A stretch of 64,000 nt of DNA, taken from the IMG/VR virus record IMGVR_UViG_3300021959_004274, positions 1 through 64,000 of that record. One strand, 5' to 3'. The position numbers and the translations under genes are program-made. Shown here in pieces: positions 1 through 7,777 of the stretch. The number at the start of each line of letters is the position of its first letter. The stretch's first letter is position 1. The stretch comes from a virus. The notes below the pieces were generated by a model. It worked only from the letters and a program-made list of their open reading frames with translations, searched no databases and was not told where the DNA came from.

Positions 1-1
1 A

Positions 2-211
2 ATTATTAATCTTATGGGCAATAGCCATTTAATGAAAGCACTGGAAATGGATACAAAAAATAAAGTAACAACTTGGATGTTTGGAACTTATCCGCATCCT
101 ACAGACGAAATTGTTAACGGAGTTAGATTTGTAAGTAATCCTAGAGGACTAGCACACGATTTTACAAGATGGCCTAGTTATCACCCTAAACGGATTCAGG
201 TTCAATTTTAA
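2..211 (+). CDS. C-terminal part of a metallophosphoesterase-like protein (5'-partial)
   Basis: Frame is open from the window edge. The 'TWMFG..H...NGVRFVSNPRG' ending resembles calcineurin-like phosphoesterase C-termini, but the motif is degenerate. Confidence 0.5.
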   Translation: MINLMGNSHLMKALEMDTKNKVTTWMFGTYPHPTDEIVNGVRFVSNPRGLAHDFTRWPSYHPKRIQVQF

Positions 212-497
212 CCATTAAAGGATATCCATTTGATCTTGCTGATACAGTAACTTCAACTCCTTTTTGTTCAGCAATTTCGTAAGGTAACACAGCAACAGTA
301 GCACTTCCGTTGTTATGAATATCTAAAGTAATATGTTCGGCACCTTTAGTATCATAATCAAAATGTTCCATTAAAGTTTCAATAACAAATTCCACAGTGG
401 TTTTTTCGTCATTGACATAAATGACTCTATACATAGGTGGTTCAGCTATCTGAAAGTCAGGTTTAATTTTGTCTTTAATTTCTACTTGTGTTCCCAT
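186..497 (-). CDS. clpS: ATP-dependent Clp protease adaptor ClpS
   Basis: PPMYRVIYVNDEKTTVEFVI...IHNNGSA...YEIAEQK...YPL is the ClpS pattern. Confidence 0.92.
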   Translation of the reverse strand: MGTQVEIKDKIKPDFQIAEPPMYRVIYVNDEKTTVEFVIETLMEHFDYDTKGAEHITLDIHNNGSATVAVLPYEIAEQKGVEVTVSARSNGYPLMVKIEPESV

Positions 498-528
498 TAT
501 TATCCTTCTTTGTTATGATTAAAATAGT

Positions 529-552
529 AGGGGACTAAAATACTAGTCCCCT
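529..552 (-). terminator. Hairpin, probable intrinsic terminator after hsp20
   Basis: Inverted repeat aggggacta/tagtcccct with A/T-rich flanks. Confidence 0.6.
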
Positions 553-587
553 TTCTATTATTTACTACCTAGTATATTATAATTATA

Positions 588-1025
588 TTATGACTTATAG
601 GTAATTGCAATACTCTTTGGCTTCATTTGTTCTGGAACTTCTCGTTCTAAATGAACAGTTAGAATACCATGCTCAACTGTAGCAGATTTAACTTCTACAT
701 ACTCAGCAAGTTGGAATGTACGTACAAACTTACGTGTACCAATGCCTTGATGTAAATAATTAACTTCTGCTTCATTATCAGCTTTTTCGCCTGTGATGAT
801 TAATTGACCGTCATTAACTTGAACGTCAATTTCACCTTCAGCAAAGCCTGCTGTAGCAACTTCAATAATGTAGTTATCGTCATCTTTTTTGATGATGTTG
901 TACGGCGGATAGTTAGTTGAAGTAGTTGCGTCAATTCGTGAAAGCATAGAATCGAATAAACGATCAATACCTACAGAATTGCGATAGAAAGGTGATAAAT
1001 CTAATGATGTTGAAAATTTTGTCAT
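588..1025 (-). CDS. Small heat-shock protein (Hsp20/IbpA family)
   Basis: GIDRLFD, NYPPYNI, YLHQGIGTRKF and GILTVHLER motifs. Confidence 0.95.
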   Translation of the reverse strand: MTKFSTSLDLSPFYRNSVGIDRLFDSMLSRIDATTSTNYPPYNIIKKDDDNYIIEVATAGFAEGEIDVQVNDGQLIITGEKADNEAEVNYLHQGIGTRKFVRTFQLAEYVEVKSATVEHGILTVHLEREVPEQMKPKSIAITYKS

Positions 1026-1107
1026 TTTGCTGTCTCCTTATAATAAGCAAGATTTATATTTGGGCACCATGCCCTAAAGTTGTAAGACCCTTATGGCATC
1101 TTACAAA
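1026..1107 (-). promoter_or_regulatory. ROSE-like RNA thermometer in the hsp20 5' UTR
   Basis: Two upstream hairpins, then UCUUGCUU pairs with the SD AAGGAGA with a bulged G. Confidence 0.7.
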
Positions 1108-1132
1108 TTTATTTATCACAGAAGCAAGACTA

Positions 1133-1381
1133 TTAGAAAAGTTTCTTTGGTAGTTGTTGCGACGCGAGTTGTCTCTGCCAACGTTTCTTAGCGGCCGCTT
1201 TTTTGAGCTTACGCTTTTCAGTTGGTTTGATATAATACTCACGGTCACGCAAATCTTGAATCAGACCAGTGTTTGCTATCTTCTTCTTAAACTTACGTAG
1301 AGCTTTTTCAATGTTATCGTGGTCACCCAAAATAACTGTTGAACCGCCGCCACCTTTAAGTAGTGGATTATACTTTGCCAT
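1133..1381 (-). CDS. rpsU: Ribosomal protein bS21
   Basis: NIEKALRKFKKK...REYYIKPTEKRKLKKAAAKKR. Confidence 0.92.
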   Translation of the reverse strand: MAKYNPLLKGGGGSTVILGDHDNIEKALRKFKKKIANTGLIQDLRDREYYIKPTEKRKLKKAAAKKRWQRQLASQQLPKKLF

Positions 1382-2570
1382 TTGTCTCCTTCGTTAAAAT
1401 AGTCGGTTTATTTACCTGACTACTGTCTATTATAACACTCTTTATACCTTGTTGTCTATAATTTTGGACATTATACATGTGTGGCATTAATGCCTTTTCT
1501 AACTCAGTATGTAGGCCTCTAGCACCTGTTTTAAGCGTCTTTGTGCGTTTTACGATTGCATCTACAGCATCTGATGTTATATCTAACGTTAACTTGTCTA
1601 AACCAAACAAATATTTGTATTGTTCTATTAAATTGTTTTCAACACCGCTTAACACATGTTTTAGATCATCTAATGATAGTTCTTCTAGTGCTACTGTATT
1701 TGTAAAACGTCCAATAAGTTCTGGTATAAGTCCGTATTTGTTTAAATCATCTGGGTTTACTTCTTTAAATGCTTTTGTTGTTAATTCTTTTGATATTTTA
1801 CTACCAAACCCAATTGCATTGTTTGCTGTACGTCTTTGTACAATCTTTTCTAATCCAGTAAATGCACCACCACAGACAAACAGTATGTTTGAAGTATCTA
1901 TTTCAACTACTTCGCCACTAGGATGTTTACGATTACCTGTTAAGTTAACACGACATTTTGTGCCTTCTACTAGTTTTAGTAATGCTTGTTGTACGCCTTC
2001 GCCAGATACGTCTCTAGTAATACTTGTTGATTCACTCTTACGTGCAATTTTATCTATTTCGTCAATAAAAATAATACCACGTTCTGCTTGTCTAACATCA
2101 CCTTTGGCATTGTTAAGTAGTCTTGATATTAGTGTTTCTACATCATCACCTACATATCCTGATTCTGTTAAGCTAGTAGCATCGCCAATAGCAAACGGTA
2201 CATCTAAATATTTGGCTACTGTTTTAGCAATCATTGTTTTACCACAACCAGTAGGTCCAATTAATAGTACATTGGCTTTTGCTAATTCAATTGTAGATTT
2301 ATTACCAATACGTTTATAGTGGTTTGCTACTGCTACTGATATAGCCATCTTAGCGTCAGTCTGACCAATGATATATTTGTCTAAAAATTCTTTAATGGCC
2401 ACAGGATTAAGATCAATCTCTGGACGCTCGTATGTTTCTTGATCTTCAACTAATAATTGCTGACAAAAGTCTACACATTCAGAGCATATAGCACTGGCGT
2501 CACCAACAATTAATTTTTTAACTTGATCTTTCTGTTTGCCACAAAAACTGCATTCCTGTGTGTCTGCCAT
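1368..2570 (-). CDS. clpX: ClpX AAA+ unfoldase
   Basis: N-terminal C4 Zn finger (CSFC..CSEC), Walker A GPTGCGKT, GYVGDDVE, DEIDKI, RDVSGEGVQQALLK, IGF loop, GARGL. Confidence 0.97.
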   Translation of the reverse strand: MADTQECSFCGKQKDQVKKLIVGDASAICSECVDFCQQLLVEDQETYERPEIDLNPVAIKEFLDKYIIGQTDAKMAISVAVANHYKRIGNKSTIELAKANVLLIGPTGCGKTMIAKTVAKYLDVPFAIGDATSLTESGYVGDDVETLISRLLNNAKGDVRQAERGIIFIDEIDKIARKSESTSITRDVSGEGVQQALLKLVEGTKCRVNLTGNRKHPSGEVVEIDTSNILFVCGGAFTGLEKIVQRRTANNAIGFGSKISKELTTKAFKEVNPDDLNKYGLIPELIGRFTNTVALEELSLDDLKHVLSGVENNLIEQYKYLFGLDKLTLDITSDAVDAIVKRTKTLKTGARGLHTELEKALMPHMYNVQNYRQQGIKSVIIDSSQVNKPTILTKETNGKV

Positions 2571-3223
2571 TATTTGCCTTTCTGTAAATGTTGTGCTATT
2601 GCTTCGCGTTCATCTTCTGTTAATTGTTCTGGACTAAACTCTCCATTACTAATTAACGCAATCAAATGTTCAATGTACTCTTCATTATAAGTGTAACTGA
2701 CATTCAGTTGTTTGTCAACACGAATCCATTTCTTTTCATTCCATTTATATAATTGATGTGGAATTTGGTCTACACGTAAAAACGTATCACCTTTTTGTGG
2801 ATCACTAGGAAAGTTAGCACCAAAGCCACTTTCACGTGATGAGATATCTAGTTTATCTGCCGTGGGTAGTATTAAATCTTCCCAAGGTAAACGATCAATG
2901 TATCCTACTTGTTTTTTATACTTAATTGTTTTTAAGTTATCATCAGGATTAACTGCTTTCCAGACACGTTTTTGGTTTTCTCTGTAAAGAATTTCTTCTT
3001 TGGTTAACCCAGCATATTCATCAAAGTCGGGAATAGAAGATGATGTAACAACATTATGTTTGGGTGGCTTAGGCATTGAGTCTAAGCCTAAATCGTTGTT
3101 AAGTTGTTGTTCAACATTAACAACTTTTGGTTCAAGTAAGTCAAGTGCCTGGTCTAATCGCTTTAGAGCAACTCTATACTTGTTCCATATTGCGTCAATA
3201 GTTTTTTGACTATTCGATACCAT
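2570..3223 (-). CDS. Hypothetical phage protein
   Basis: 217-aa ORF coupled to clpX. Carries an FGANFPSDPQKGDTFLRVD segment. Confidence 0.7.
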   Translation of the reverse strand: MVSNSQKTIDAIWNKYRVALKRLDQALDLLEPKVVNVEQQLNNDLGLDSMPKPPKHNVVTSSSIPDFDEYAGLTKEEILYRENQKRVWKAVNPDDNLKTIKYKKQVGYIDRLPWEDLILPTADKLDISSRESGFGANFPSDPQKGDTFLRVDQIPHQLYKWNEKKWIRVDKQLNVSYTYNEEYIEHLIALISNGEFSPEQLTEDEREAIAQHLQKGK

Positions 3224-3410
3224 GTTTGGCTAATTTTTCTTCCACACTTGCTTCAAGTGTTAAAATGTCAGAAGGTGTAGTCCAATCTACTTCTAAGTCT
3301 GATTGATTTGCTCTAAGTGCTTCATTTTCATCTAAAGCAGTTGACAATTCATTTAGGCTTTTGCGGTACTTGGACCATATATTATCTAATGCGTCTTGTG
3401 GTTTTGCCAT
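3210..3410 (-). CDS. Hypothetical protein; N-terminus paralogous to 2570..3223
   Basis: 66-aa coupled ORF. Shares the IW.KYR..L..L..ALD pattern. Confidence 0.6.
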   Translation of the reverse strand: MAKPQDALDNIWSKYRKSLNELSTALDENEALRANQSDLEVDWTTPSDILTLEASVEEKLAKHGIE

Positions 3411-3411
3411 G

Positions 3412-4611
3412 TTATTTCTCCATTTTATGTGTTACTTGGCGTTCAAGTTCTTGTATATCTTTAGGTGGTGTATCATCAATATCTACTGTTTCTCTAATGA
3501 TTTTAACCTTACCTGTTGCTATAGGTTCATTGCCAGAGGCACGTTGAAATGCGTACTGACTAGCAATTAACAATCCAACAGCAAGTGGATCAAATACAAA
3601 TATAATTAGTATAATTACCCAGGTCACTGCTTTTTCTAAAATAGTTTTATCTGTTTCACCATAAACAAATTCAGCAATATATTTAATAGGACCAACTTCT
3701 GCTTCTAGTTTTCTGTATTCTTTCTCAAATACCAACTTGTCCTCTCTAACTAAATCCATTGCTTTTGTTTCTGCATCAATTTCTTTTTCAAGTTCTTTGA
3801 TACGCTTGTCAGCATTGGCGGCTTTTGATGTGGAGCCTTTACGTGCTTCACCAATACGTTTGTTTAACGTATTAAGTTCTTTTGCGTGTTTCTTGTCAAT
3901 GGCCGCTAGTTTTTTATCACGGTCTGAACGAGCAACACTGGATTCATTTTGCTCTGTTTGTTTTGCCTTGGCAACTTCTTTGTTATATTTTTCCTCACCG
4001 CCCCAATCTTCTAATAATGGTTTGGCCGCGGCAATTTCTTTATCGCGTCTATCTTGTGCTGTTGCTATACGTTTGTCTGCTTCTGCTCTAATAACATCTT
4101 TTTCACTTTTAATAACTGCTCTAAGTTCTTTAAGTGCTTCGTTGTCTTGTTCTAACAGTGCAGAGTCTGTGGATGCGTTACCTGTTTTTAGTAAACGATC
4201 TATTTCTTGTTGCCAACGATCAATCTTTACTTGTCCACGTGTAAGTTTTTCCTCAATGGCTTCTACCTGTGCTGTGGCTTCTCCACTAAGTGCTGTTTGT
4301 TCAATGTGTGCTTTAGATAAGAAACCAAAAATACCCATTGATGTTATGAACATTAAGAATACTACTGCAACTGCTAAGTAGTTTTTGAGCCAGAGTGTTG
4401 TATTGTACCAGTAACGGTGTAAGTACACTGCTGTAACTAATTTACCAACCTCTAAAACAATCCCCATTATAATAATAGCCGTAGCCGAGGCGGCAAAAAT
4501 AGCAACAAGACCTGCCACTGAATACCATACAGCAACCACTGAAATACTCAACCCTGATATCATTGTTATCCAAGGTAGGATATATTTGTCGCTGATAGTT
4601 AAATTTCTCAT
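3412..4611 (-). CDS. Membrane-anchored coiled-coil protein
   Basis: Three N-terminal TM segments, long coiled coil, 'EAEVGPIKY...IFVFDPLA' C-terminal TM. Start ATG 4611 lies 7 nt after TAAATA. Confidence 0.8.
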   Translation of the reverse strand: MRNLTISDKYILPWITMISGLSISVVAVWYSVAGLVAIFAASATAIIIMGIVLEVGKLVTAVYLHRYWYNTTLWLKNYLAVAVVFLMFITSMGIFGFLSKAHIEQTALSGEATAQVEAIEEKLTRGQVKIDRWQQEIDRLLKTGNASTDSALLEQDNEALKELRAVIKSEKDVIRAEADKRIATAQDRRDKEIAAAKPLLEDWGGEEKYNKEVAKAKQTEQNESSVARSDRDKKLAAIDKKHAKELNTLNKRIGEARKGSTSKAANADKRIKELEKEIDAETKAMDLVREDKLVFEKEYRKLEAEVGPIKYIAEFVYGETDKTILEKAVTWVIILIIFVFDPLAVGLLIASQYAFQRASGNEPIATGKVKIIRETVDIDDTPPKDIQELERQVTHKMEK

Positions 4612-4635
4612 AGTCACGTATTTATCGTATTTTGA

Positions 4636-4887
4636 CTACTTTTTATCGTCTTTGAGAATATCAAAGGTTATATCCTTTGCTCTCTCAGCTATTTCTTCAT
4701 CTTCTGCTAGTTTGATTAGAGGAATAATACGATCAAGTAACACAATTAACTGCTCTTTGCCGTCTTCTGTGATATGATTAAAATGGTCTGATATGCCACG
4801 ATAATAAAACGTACGGTCGCTAGTAAGCTCATTGATTGTGCCATACAGCATATCTTTAATTGCTTGTTTATTATATTTTTTATCCAT
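4636..4887 (-). CDS. Hypothetical protein
   Basis: 83-aa ORF directly after a sigma70-like promoter. Confidence 0.7.
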   Translation of the reverse strand: MDKKYNKQAIKDMLYGTINELTSDRTFYYRGISDHFNHITEDGKEQLIVLLDRIIPLIKLAEDEEIAERAKDITFDILKDDKK

Positions 4888-4892
4888 AATAA

Positions 4893-4921
4893 ATTATACT
4901 ATAGATAAAACTAATAGTCAA
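4893..4921 (-). promoter_or_regulatory. Sigma70-type promoter
   Basis: TTGACT-17-TATAAT. Confidence 0.75.
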
Positions 4922-4924
4922 AAG

Positions 4925-5620
4925 TTATTTTGCCGTTTTCTCTTGGGCAATTAAGTCTTGAAGATATGTAGGGTTCATTTCAAATATTTTTGTATCAACA
5001 GAACCTTTGTTACCTGCTAGTCTATAGTTTACACTATGTTCCATAGTACAATCATATCTTGGAAAGTGCTGTTGTAATGCACCATAAAATTGTCTGTCGG
5101 CTCCCCATTGACCATACCAAAATCCGCCAACAGCCGCGGCTACATTTTGACGTACAGCAAAACAGGAAGTGTCAATGTGATGTAGGTCTGGATTGTGAGC
5201 ACAGGACCATTTACCTAAACTTTCTGCATTGTCCTGCATTAAGAACTCACCTTGTTCATCACAGATGTTACGCAAGGAATAACACCATTCATTGCCATCT
5301 TCTAGTGTTTTAACAATAGCTTCACAGTGATTTGGTTCTAACCAATTGTCTTCATCTAAATAACAGATAACATCAGCGTTGACCAAATATCCAGCGGCCG
5401 CATAAACACGATGTCCGTACCAACCGTCAGCACCTACATTGTCATCCAACAGAATATATCTAGTGTGCTTGTAATAAAGCATATAGTTTGGTATCTTAAC
5501 GTCATTGCCGTCTGCTACCAGATAGTGTACAACATTTTCATAGGTCTGTTGACGTACTGAATGTACGCATTGTTCTAGATGTTTAGAGTTTCTAGTAGGT
5601 GTAACTATTGCTATCTTCAT
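4925..5620 (-). CDS. GT2-family glycosyltransferase
   Basis: KIAIVTPT...SVRQQTY...VADG...YLDEDNW. Confidence 0.85.
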   Translation of the reverse strand: MKIAIVTPTRNSKHLEQCVHSVRQQTYENVVHYLVADGNDVKIPNYMLYYKHTRYILLDDNVGADGWYGHRVYAAAGYLVNADVICYLDEDNWLEPNHCEAIVKTLEDGNEWCYSLRNICDEQGEFLMQDNAESLGKWSCAHNPDLHHIDTSCFAVRQNVAAAVGGFWYGQWGADRQFYGALQQHFPRYDCTMEHSVNYRLAGNKGSVDTKIFEMNPTYLQDLIAQEKTAK

Positions 5621-5624
5621 ACTG

Positions 5625-6206
5625 TTACTTATTGTTTACCAAGTCTTGGCGGAGTTTTATTAATAGTTTGGTGGTTTCAGGACCTATATAGCCAACAGGG
5701 TTTAGGCCATGTTCTTCTTGATATTGTTTAATCTCTTCCTCAGTTTTAGGAAATTGATCATAGATATCTGGATCCCACTCTTTAAGACCGTGTTCATAGT
5801 TCCAAAATGCTTGTCTAGTTAATGGTCCCATCTTACCATTTACAGGACGTATGCCTTCTATAATTTGGAATACTTTTATTTTATCTTTGGTATCAATAAT
5901 AGGTAACCATATTTGACAGTAGCCGCCTTCGCTTTTTATTTTACGTACAAGTCTGCAGTCTTTGCCTGTCAGTCTACTAACAAAATGATCTGTTAAAGTT
6001 TTACCTGTTTTTTGATAAGCAACAGCATCTCCTGCTGATTTTGCTAGATCAACTGCTTCTGCTATTTCTAATGCTGATGTTGCTCCTGATGCGGCAGTGG
6101 CCGCAGTGGCGGCTTCACCTATACCAAGTAACTTAACTATACCAACTGCACAGCCTTGTAATAATAAAATTAATATAACAACTGTAAATTTACTGATCCG
6201 AAGCAT
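5625..6206 (-). CDS. Predicted lipoprotein with C-terminal peptidoglycan-binding-like repeats
   Basis: Signal peptide with lipobox LLQGC. Repeats KIKVFQIIEGIRPVNGKMGPLTRQA and EIKQYQEEHGLNPVGYIGPETTKLL. Confidence 0.7.
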   Translation of the reverse strand: MLRISKFTVVILILLLQGCAVGIVKLLGIGEAATAATAASGATSALEIAEAVDLAKSAGDAVAYQKTGKTLTDHFVSRLTGKDCRLVRKIKSEGGYCQIWLPIIDTKDKIKVFQIIEGIRPVNGKMGPLTRQAFWNYEHGLKEWDPDIYDQFPKTEEEIKQYQEEHGLNPVGYIGPETTKLLIKLRQDLVNNK

Positions 6207-6504
6207 AGGTTTTATTCGGGTCTATGGTCCAGTTACAGGTTCTTATACCAATTTCATATATGGCCTCGTATGCTTCTTCATCGCCCTCTGTTGTGCGTAG
6301 AGCCTCGGCCAATAGTTTACAGCCTTGCTTTTTTTCACCCTTGCTTAAAAAGTATATGGCTCTGTCATATATTACCTGTGTTGAGTCTTTTGGGTAAGCA
6401 CCGTGCAATTGATGAACAGTACCTAATAGAACGGCTATAATTGTTATTCCACTAATTAAAAGTAATCTATTATAACCAAAATATATTTGTTGTAAGTCTT
6501 TCAT
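6190..6504 (-). CDS. Hypothetical protein with N-terminal TM helix
   Basis: 104-aa coupled ORF. Confidence 0.65.
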   Translation of the reverse strand: MKDLQQIYFGYNRLLLISGITIIAVLLGTVHQLHGAYPKDSTQVIYDRAIYFLSKGEKKQGCKLLAEALRTTEGDEEAYEAIYEIGIRTCNWTIDPNKTYASDQ

Positions 6505-6938
6505 TATCCTCTTCTCATTTTTGCCAAATCTTCAGCATCAGATTGCTTGAAGACTGGAATGGCATTTGACTTATGTAATTGCCCAATGCCTAACAGGTTC
6601 TCGCCTGTGTATTTTTGTGTTTCTTTTTTAGTAGCAACACCTATTCCGTTATCTAGACTAGGAATATGTTTAGTAGTTTGTCTATGTGGCGGCAATGACA
6701 AGTAGTTAGGATCTAACGTTCCTTGTTCACTAGGATGTACTTTTCTTTTTGTTACTCTACCACAACGTATATCTACATATTCATCAAACGTAACTTTAGG
6801 TTCTCCATTACGTTTACGTTTTTTATTGTAATGGAACATATCCATTTCTAACTGAGCTCGTTTGGCCTTAGTTAGTTTAAGTTTGTATTTAGTAGTTCTG
6901 GTTGTGGTTAATGCTGGGCCTACTAGGTGCATACTCAT
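6504..6938 (-). CDS. Conserved-type T4-like phage hypothetical protein
   Basis: C-terminal YTG..LLGIGQLHKSNAIPVF motif. Confidence 0.75.
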   Translation of the reverse strand: MSMHLVGPALTTTRTTKYKLKLTKAKRAQLEMDMFHYNKKRKRNGEPKVTFDEYVDIRCGRVTKRKVHPSEQGTLDPNYLSLPPHRQTTKHIPSLDNGIGVATKKETQKYTGENLLGIGQLHKSNAIPVFKQSDAEDLAKMRRG

Positions 6939-7020
6939 GACGGTATATTCTGTAAAATTTTAAATACAAAATAAAAACAAATTGTAGCTATCGCAACTGC
7001 ACTCCAAAATTCAATATTTT

Positions 7021-7206
7021 TCAATGTCCTGGACTCCCTATTAGGCCTTCTTCAATGTCATAACTTTGATTAATCTGTGCTTCTTTATCGCCTTCCATAC
7101 AACGTTGATAACAGGCCTGTGCTTCAGAGTAGTTGTCAAAACTATTGATGATTTCTTTCTTACCATCTTCGTCCCAATAAACTACTTCATATATTTTTTT
7201 AAGCAT
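7021..7206 (-). CDS. Small hypothetical protein
   Basis: 61-aa ORF coupled (TAATG) to the upstream ORF. Confidence 0.55.
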   Translation of the reverse strand: MLKKIYEVVYWDEDGKKEIINSFDNYSEAQACYQRCMEGDKEAQINQSYDIEEGLIGSPGH

Positions 7207-7370
7207 TATGTAGCTCTCTTGATTTCTTCAAGATCATCATCGTCTAACCAAGTTTTCTTTTTGTTCAACCTGTCAGCACATAATCTAATATCTAGTGCTA
7301 GTTGTCCATCTGCCTTGCTTACTTTACGAGCTATGTCGTGTAACATTATTACTGCTTCTTGTATATCCAT
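7206..7370 (-). CDS. Small hypothetical protein (54 aa, not in ORF track)
   Basis: MDIQEAVIMLHDIARKVSKADGQLALDIRLCADRLNKK...; ATG is 6 nt after the TATAAT box. Confidence 0.6.
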   Translation of the reverse strand: MDIQEAVIMLHDIARKVSKADGQLALDIRLCADRLNKKKTWLDDDDLEEIKRAT

Positions 7371-7376
7371 AATAGT

Positions 7377-7405
7377 ATTATACCTTATTCTGAATTATTA
7401 GTCAA
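7377..7405 (-). promoter_or_regulatory. Sigma70-type promoter
   Basis: TTGACT-17-TATAAT. Confidence 0.75.
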
Positions 7406-7562
7406 TATCCTTGTTTTTATGTTTCTGTTTGCGATTGTATTTGGTCTTGTCTACTTCAACCTTGTGTCCAAAAGGTAAGTCATCTCTAAACAGAGCATAG
7501 TGATGTGCTGATTTCTTTTTCATTCTCTGCACCCAGCCTTTTGGATTTTGGGGTCTACTCAT
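7398..7562 (-). CDS. ArfA-like basic peptide (54 aa, not in ORF track)
   Basis: MSRPQNPKGWVQRMKKKSAHHYALFRDDLPFGHKVEVDKTKYNRKQKHKNKDID; ATGA overlap with the upstream stop. Confidence 0.55.
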   Translation of the reverse strand: MSRPQNPKGWVQRMKKKSAHHYALFRDDLPFGHKVEVDKTKYNRKQKHKNKDID

Positions 7563-7777
7563 GATAAACTCCACCATACTTGTTCATCTCTTTGTTTACA
7601 CATTCTCGCATACCATTCTTTGTTAGTTTCTTTTGGTGGTTCTGGCCAATTAAAGCTAGGAACAAACATTAGAACGTTACCTATAACAAATGCTAACCAT
7701 AACCAATATTCCATATATACAGGCAGTTCATTGGCCCGAGCTGTTGCAATCAATCCCATTAAGAATTCTTCAATCAT
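7559..7777 (-). CDS. Small membrane protein
   Basis: 72 aa, one TM segment, coupled to the ligase stop. Confidence 0.55.
   Translation of the reverse strand: MIEEFLMGLIATARANELPVYMEYWLWLAFVIGNVLMFVPSFNWPEPPKETNKEWYARMCKQRDEQVWWSLS

Noticed and set aside
1477-2319. Long + strand ORFs antisense to real genes (also 3737..4381, 30278..30733, 53714..54061, 25333..25614)
   Set aside because: These are shadow frames of well-supported minus-strand genes, with no motifs of their own.
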